From Dehalococcoidia bacterium (GTDB taxonomy: Bacteria; Chloroflexota; Dehalococcoidia; GIF9; UBA5629), in the NCBI GenBank assembly GCA_030604795.1, contig JAUVVE010000001.1, positions 1 to 25,230 on the forward strand: a stretch of 25,230 bases of DNA, read 5' to 3'. The notes below the pieces were generated by a model. It ran no database searches. It was not told the DNA's origin and was given only the letters and a program-made list of their open reading frames with translations. A program made the translations under genes and the position numbers. Below, piece after piece: positions 19,107-25,230 of this stretch (position 1 is the first letter of the stretch; each line of letters starts with the position of its first letter).

Positions 19107-19258
19107 TTCCCTTATTCCCTCACTATTATAAACACAAGCAACAACTAAAAAGCCACCCAGTTGTCTTCCGGTCTACTTCCCGATCGGGCTCGCGTCCCGG
19201 TTCAACCAGCCGGCTTACTCAGGTTTTCCAACCCAGGCCAATGGCTAGTAGACGCTAA
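19107..19258 (-). promoter_or_regulatory. Putative structured 5' leader of the rpsL superoperon
   Basis: About 150 nt between the predicted TSS and rpsL. Closing stem GTCTACT/AGTAGAC, hairpins GGGTT-GGAA-AACCT, CCGG-N9-CCGG and CCC-GATC-GGG, then ACAACTGGG/TTTAGTTGT. Folded by eye only. Confidence 0.45.
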
Positions 19259-19264
19259 AACCAA

Positions 19265-19294
19265 AATATACCACAAACATGTGCGATATGTCAA
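19265..19294 (-). promoter_or_regulatory. Sigma70-type promoter of rpsL superoperon
   Basis: TTGACA(19294-19289)-18 nt-TATATT(19270-19265), with an extended -10 TGn. Confidence 0.75.
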
Positions 19295-19331
19295 CAATCC
19301 CAATGGAAAGCCTATCAGACACGCGAGAAGG

Positions 19332-19361
19332 TTGAAAGCTAGAGAAGCGGACAGCTATAAT
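19332..19361 (+). promoter_or_regulatory. Sigma70-type promoter of radical SAM-acs unit
   Basis: TTGAAA(19332-19337)-18 nt-TATAAT(19356-19361); the ATG follows 16 nt later without a clear SD. Confidence 0.7.
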
Positions 19362-19377
19362 TGCGCCACCGAACAAG

Positions 19378-21216
19378 ATGAAGATGATCCCTCTCGATGA
19401 TATCCTTTACCAGGTCTCCAAGCCAGCTCGCTATACCGGCGGCGAGTGGAACAGCATTGTAAAGGACTGGCAAGCCACTCCAGTTCGAATTGCCTTGGCA
19501 TTCCCCGACATTTATGAAGTCGGCATGTCCAATCTGGCTATCCCCATACTCTACCAAATACTTAATAGCCAGCCGGACGTGCTTGCCGAAAGGGTCTATG
19601 CTCCGTGGGCGGATATGGAAACGTTCCTGCGCCGTCACAACCTTCCCCTGTTTAGCTTGGAGACTAAACGCCCCCTGAGCGATTTTGATATTATCGGCTT
19701 CTCCCTGGGCTACGAACTCACGTACACCAACGTGCTGAACATGCTCGACCTGGCTCGAATTCCGCCATTCAGTCATCGCAGGGACCGGTCGCACCCGTTG
19801 ATAATAGCTGGGGGCAGTTGTGCGCTCAACCCAGAGCCCATGGCTGATTTCATCGATTTGTTTGTCATCGGTGAAGCTGAAGAGGCCATATTGAGACTCC
19901 TGGAGGTCTTCCGAGCTTACCGAGATAACAGAGAGGAACTGCTGCGACAGGCATCGACTCTTCCCGGTATCTATGTCCCGAGCTTATATCAAGCCCGCTA
20001 CCACAAAGACGGCACCTTTGCCGACATTACTTCTGAAACATCCGAAGCCAGGCCAGCGATTGAGCGACAGATAGTGACCAAAGTCCCGCAGCCAGTCACC
20101 AGGCCGGTTGTTCCCTATATCGAAGTAATTCACGACCGCGGAGCTATTGAAATCCAGCGGGGGTGCAGCCGGGGATGCCGTTTCTGCCAGGCAGGAATGA
20201 TTTATCGGCCGGTCCGCGAACTCCCCCAGCAGGAAGTAACCAACGCCGTGGGTGCACTTATGAGGAACTGCGGTTATAATGAAGTTTCGCTGGTTTCCCT
20301 AAGCACCGGAGACTACCGTAACATAGACGGATTAATTGGTCGGCTATCGGGCAGATATCACCAGGATAACCTCACCCTGTCCTTACCCAGCCTCCGCTTA
20401 GATACGTCCTCGATAGAGTTGATAGAGTCATTGCCGTCCCGACGCAAGACTACTCTCACCTTCGCCCCTGAAGCTGGAAGCGAAAGGCTAAGGCAAGTCA
20501 TCAACAAAAGCATCCGTGAAGAGACGATACTCGACACCTTCGCCGCCGCCTTCAACAGGGGCTGGCTGAACCTTAAATTATATTTCATGGTTGGACTGCC
20601 CACCGAGACCATGGATGACGTAAAGAGCATCGTTGACCTAGTAACCAAAACCTGCCAACTAGGCAGAAAGACCAGGAACAAACCGCCGAGGGTCAGAGTT
20701 AGCGTAGGAACTTTTGTTCCCAAACCCCATACTCCCTGCCAATGGCTAGCCCAGGACACGGAAGAACAACTAACTCCAAAACATGAACTGCTGAAACAAG
20801 GTTTACGCCGAGCTGGAGCCCAACTCTCGTGGCAAGACCCGAAAACCAGCCAGCTTGAGGCAGTTTTATCGCGAGGCGACCGACGCCTCGGACAAGTTAT
20901 CTTTAAAGCCTGGGAATCGGGCAGCAAATTCGATGCCTGGCATGAACACTTCAACTATGATAACTGGCTGCATGGCTTCAAGGAAAGCGGACTTGACCCA
21001 GCGTTCTACGCTTGTCGGGAGCGACCACTTGATGAGTCACTGCCCTGGCAGCATATTGACATCGGGGTAACCCCAGCCTTTCTTAAAGAGGAATACCAGA
21101 ATATGTGGCAAGGAAAAGAGACCACCGACTGCCGCCATGGAGCATGCAATGCCTGCGGGCTCCAGCGCTGGCACACAGAGTGTCGCCAGAAGGCTAACGG
21201 GACGACCATCGACTAG
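19378..21216 (+). CDS. TIGR03960-family B12-binding-like radical SAM protein, function unknown
   Basis: Family-typical N-terminus V.KPARYTGGEWNS...AFPDIYEVGMSNL...ERVYAPW.D; EIQRGCSRGCRFCQAG (CxxxCxxC); TFAPEAGSERLR; FVPKPHTP; C-terminal DCRHGACNACG. Family assigned from recall. Confidence 0.88.
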   Translation: MKMIPLDDILYQVSKPARYTGGEWNSIVKDWQATPVRIALAFPDIYEVGMSNLAIPILYQILNSQPDVLAERVYAPWADMETFLRRHNLPLFSLETKRPLSDFDIIGFSLGYELTYTNVLNMLDLARIPPFSHRRDRSHPLIIAGGSCALNPEPMADFIDLFVIGEAEEAILRLLEVFRAYRDNREELLRQASTLPGIYVPSLYQARYHKDGTFADITSETSEARPAIERQIVTKVPQPVTRPVVPYIEVIHDRGAIEIQRGCSRGCRFCQAGMIYRPVRELPQQEVTNAVGALMRNCGYNEVSLVSLSTGDYRNIDGLIGRLSGRYHQDNLTLSLPSLRLDTSSIELIESLPSRRKTTLTFAPEAGSERLRQVINKSIREETILDTFAAAFNRGWLNLKLYFMVGLPTETMDDVKSIVDLVTKTCQLGRKTRNKPPRVRVSVGTFVPKPHTPCQWLAQDTEEQLTPKHELLKQGLRRAGAQLSWQDPKTSQLEAVLSRGDRRLGQVIFKAWESGSKFDAWHEHFNYDNWLHGFKESGLDPAFYACRERPLDESLPWQHIDIGVTPAFLKEEYQNMWQGKETTDCRHGACNACGLQRWHTECRQKANGTTID

Positions 21217-21234
21217 CACAAAAGGAAGAGAACC

Positions 21235-23157
<1,923 letters not shown>

Positions 23158-23183
23158 AGGGCGCGCCTAAGCACACGGGGAAT

Positions 23184-23212
23184 TTGACTTGTAGTTCTAG
23201 AACCACTAAACT
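23184..23212 (+). promoter_or_regulatory. Sigma70-type promoter of rplY
   Basis: TTGACT(23184-23189)-17 nt-TAAACT(23207-23212). Confidence 0.65.
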
Positions 23213-23232
23213 AGGTGCTTTGGACGGATAAG

Positions 23233-23898
23233 ATGGAGCGACTCGAACTCGAAGTCTCTAGACGGGAAATAACGGGCAAGAAAGTGAGATTCCTGCGCCG
23301 TGAAGGCATCATTCCCGCCAGCCTCTATGGCCACGGCATCGACTCCACAGCGCTACAAGTTGATGCCAAACCTCTCGAGCAGATGCTGGCTCAGGCTGGC
23401 AAGACCGACCTGATCGACCTTAAGTTCACTGATTCAAAGACGACGAAAAGGGTCCTAGTGCGCGAAGTTCAACAGAACCCCCTCACCGATGAGTTGCTCC
23501 ATGTGGACTTCTATCAGGTCAAGATGACCGAAAGAATAAGCGCTGAGGTTCCCCTGGCGTTCGTAGGAGAGGCACCGGCGCTCAAGACCAGGAATGTCTC
23601 CTTGCTCCGCCTCGTTGATTCACTGACCGTCGAAGCCCTGCCTGACGCCTTGCCGCACAGCCTCGAAGTGGACCTCTCGACCCTGGAACAGACCGACCAG
23701 GCTGTCTACGTCAAGGACATCCATCTGGGAGACGGAGTAACCCTCCTGGGCGATCCAGAACAGATGGTAGTCAAGGTAGCCGAGGCCCGCCGCGCGGTTG
23801 AAGTTGAGGAGGAAGTCGTCGAAGCCGAGGTCGGGGAAGAGGTTGAAGCAGTGGCCGAAATGCCAGAAGCCGAGGCTGAACCCACTGGCAAAGAGTAG
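23233..23898 (+). CDS. rplY: 50S ribosomal protein bL25 / general stress protein Ctc (long form)
   Basis: R...GKKVRFLRREG.IPA.LYG, VREVQQNP...LLHVDFY, V.AL...LP..LEVD.S.L; acidic tail. Start moved to ATG 23233 because the track GTG at 23215 lies at or upstream of the predicted TSS. Confidence 0.95.
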   Translation: MERLELEVSRREITGKKVRFLRREGIIPASLYGHGIDSTALQVDAKPLEQMLAQAGKTDLIDLKFTDSKTTKRVLVREVQQNPLTDELLHVDFYQVKMTERISAEVPLAFVGEAPALKTRNVSLLRLVDSLTVEALPDALPHSLEVDLSTLEQTDQAVYVKDIHLGDGVTLLGDPEQMVVKVAEARRAVEVEEEVVEAEVGEEVEAVAEMPEAEAEPTGKE

Positions 23899-23992
23899 TA
23901 CCACAGGCGCCAAACTGGTTGACCAAAGCTAAGGACAGACTCTGCTTTCAGCTCTTTTGCCACGAACAAACCCGTGTGGTCAATGACCTATC

Positions 23993-24790
23993 CTAGCTAT
24001 TGGCCACAACGAAGTCCTTCACCGCTTGAAGGTATTCCTCCATGCCTCCCATGAAAATGGTGTTGTGGTCAACGCCCGGGATAATAAGCAAGCGCTTGTC
24101 CTTTGAACCAAGATTATCGTAAAGCGCCCTGCCCTCCTGAACAGGAACGATATGGTCATACTCCCCGTGCAAAACGAGAGCAGGTATAGAAATCTGCCGA
24201 GCGAGTTCAAGACCCGTAGGCGTCTCCCTCCTGGTAAGGCCAAGGGCAGCAGTCGGAAAGCCCAAGTACTCGAATAGGTTGAATACATTGGCAAACCCAC
24301 TTTCCACGATCAGGCCACTGAGTTGGCTTTGGTAATTGTGGGCAAGCTCAATAGCAGATACACTCCCCAGAGAGCGCCCCATGATAAATAGGCTCCCTGA
24401 ATACCCTCTTTCTTTGAGCACCTGCTTAAAGCCTTCGAATATGGGATGGGCATCCCTTACCATACCAGCAAGTGTCGGCTTGCCTCCGCTCATACCGTAG
24501 CCCCTGTAATCAGCCACAAAGAGGTTGAGGCCAATCCGATTGTAAATGGAGCCGATGTCATCATAATCGCTGGCTATCTCGCCGTTGCCGTGAAAAAACA
24601 AGATAGTGGGGTACTTCCTGTTGTCAGAGTAGAACCAGCAGGAAATGGAAACAGCCTCGTCAACGGGGATGGAGCACGCCATGGCGTTGGCCGACCCGGG
24701 TCTCCGGGTGAAGTCCCTGCGAGGATAGAAAACGAACTGCAAGACTTCCGGTCTGTCTAGAGATGAAAGCTCATCCCACGGCTTGGCCAT
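23993..24790 (-). CDS. Alpha/beta-fold hydrolase (ABHD/BEM46-like)
   Basis: ILFFHGNGE oxyanion motif, DYRGYGMSGG, nucleophile elbow GRSLG, acid in HGEYD, base in DHN. Confidence 0.88.
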   Translation of the reverse strand: MAKPWDELSSLDRPEVLQFVFYPRRDFTRRPGSANAMACSIPVDEAVSISCWFYSDNRKYPTILFFHGNGEIASDYDDIGSIYNRIGLNLFVADYRGYGMSGGKPTLAGMVRDAHPIFEGFKQVLKERGYSGSLFIMGRSLGSVSAIELAHNYQSQLSGLIVESGFANVFNLFEYLGFPTAALGLTRRETPTGLELARQISIPALVLHGEYDHIVPVQEGRALYDNLGSKDKRLLIIPGVDHNTIFMGGMEEYLQAVKDFVVANS

Positions 24791-24805
24791 CGCCCCTCAT
24801 ATCCG

Positions 24806-25230
24806 TCAAAGCTCTATTATCTCTCCCTTGACATCTTCCTCAATTGTCAAGATACCGAACGACCTCCTTCCTTGACCCGGATTGAAGAAGAAGGTGCCTC
24901 TGTTTCGTTCATTCCTCGCCACGTGGCTATGTCCATATATGATGATATCCACCTCGTCGAACAGCCTTCTCACCCTGTCCTCTATCCCCCACGGTCCCCC
25001 TGAGCCATGCGCAATCCCTATCTTCTTGCCGCCGACCACAACCATCTCCGTCTCTGGAAGCAGGCCCCTGAGCTCAGCCGAATCCATGTTGCCCCACACC
25101 GCTGTCACCTCGCCAAGCCTCCTCAGCCCCTCAAGGACTTCCAGACTGACAAGGTCGCCAGCATGGACTATCGAATCCACCTCCGAAAGCGCCCGGACCA
25201 GCTTCTGCGGCATTTCTTCGAAGGAATACA
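24806..25230 (-). CDS. YfcE/MJ0936-family metallophosphoesterase, 5'-truncated by window edge
   Basis: HAGD, VWGNMD, AHG, YGHSH and FNPG motifs. The frame stays open to the window edge (..YSFEEMPQK) and the first D-x-H motif is missing, so the real start is outside the window. Confidence 0.9.
   Translation of the reverse strand, partial: YSFEEMPQKLVRALSEVDSIVHAGDLVSLEVLEGLRRLGEVTAVWGNMDSAELRGLLPETEMVVVGGKKIGIAHGSGGPWGIEDRVRRLFDEVDIIIYGHSHVARNERNRGTFFFNPGQGRRSFGILTIEEDVKGEIIEL

Noticed and set aside
19165-19255. tRNA-like cloverleaf in the rpsL leader (7-bp closing stem, GGTTGAA loop)
   Set aside because: Arm order and lengths do not fit a tRNA; there is no anticodon arm or TTCGA in the right place and no CCA. 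Kept only as a leader candidate.
19273-19282. LexA or CRP box at the shared promoter motif
   Set aside because: It does not match GAAC-N4-GTTC or TGTGA-N6-TCACA.
19161-19400. 79-aa plus-strand ORF across the divergent intergenic region
   Set aside because: It spans both promoters and the rpsL leader, starts upstream of the predicted plus-strand promoter, and has no motif.
23899-23992. Intrinsic terminator between convergent rplY and hydrolase (TTGACCA/TGGTCAA inverted repeat)
   Set aside because: The stem is short with a ~50-nt loop and no clear U-tract on either strand, so it cannot be supported.

Overview
About 19 kb of this window is one minus-strand translation superoperon (rpsL-rpsG-fusA, S10, spc and alpha blocks, then truA and a partial rplM) from a bacterium of roughly mid-50s % GC (by eye). 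Gene order and protein style suggest class Dehalococcoidia (Chloroflexota); this is an inference. Divergent from it are a TIGR03960-type B12/radical SAM enzyme, an acetyl-CoA synthetase and rplY, followed on the minus strand by an alpha/beta hydrolase and a truncated YfcE-like metallophosphoesterase. Three real genes are missing from the supplied ORF track: rplM (partial), rpmJ, and a 31-aa basic ORF (MGSVIKKRNKKMAKHKHRKMLKRNRWQRRHP). The last closely resembles ribosomal protein bS22 (AURKAIP1/COX24/mS38 family) and sits inside the S10 operon between rplW and rplB, where it is not normally found; it is the top finding. Other oddities: tuf is absent, with fusA abutting rpsJ; rpsL has a structured ~150-nt leader; uS12 carries a K87R-type substitution; the RpoA alpha-CTD DNA-binding residues are altered; amber (TAG) is the dominant stop codon; and a 10-bp motif is shared by two ribosomal promoters. 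No mobile elements, CRISPR arrays, tRNAs or rRNAs were seen.
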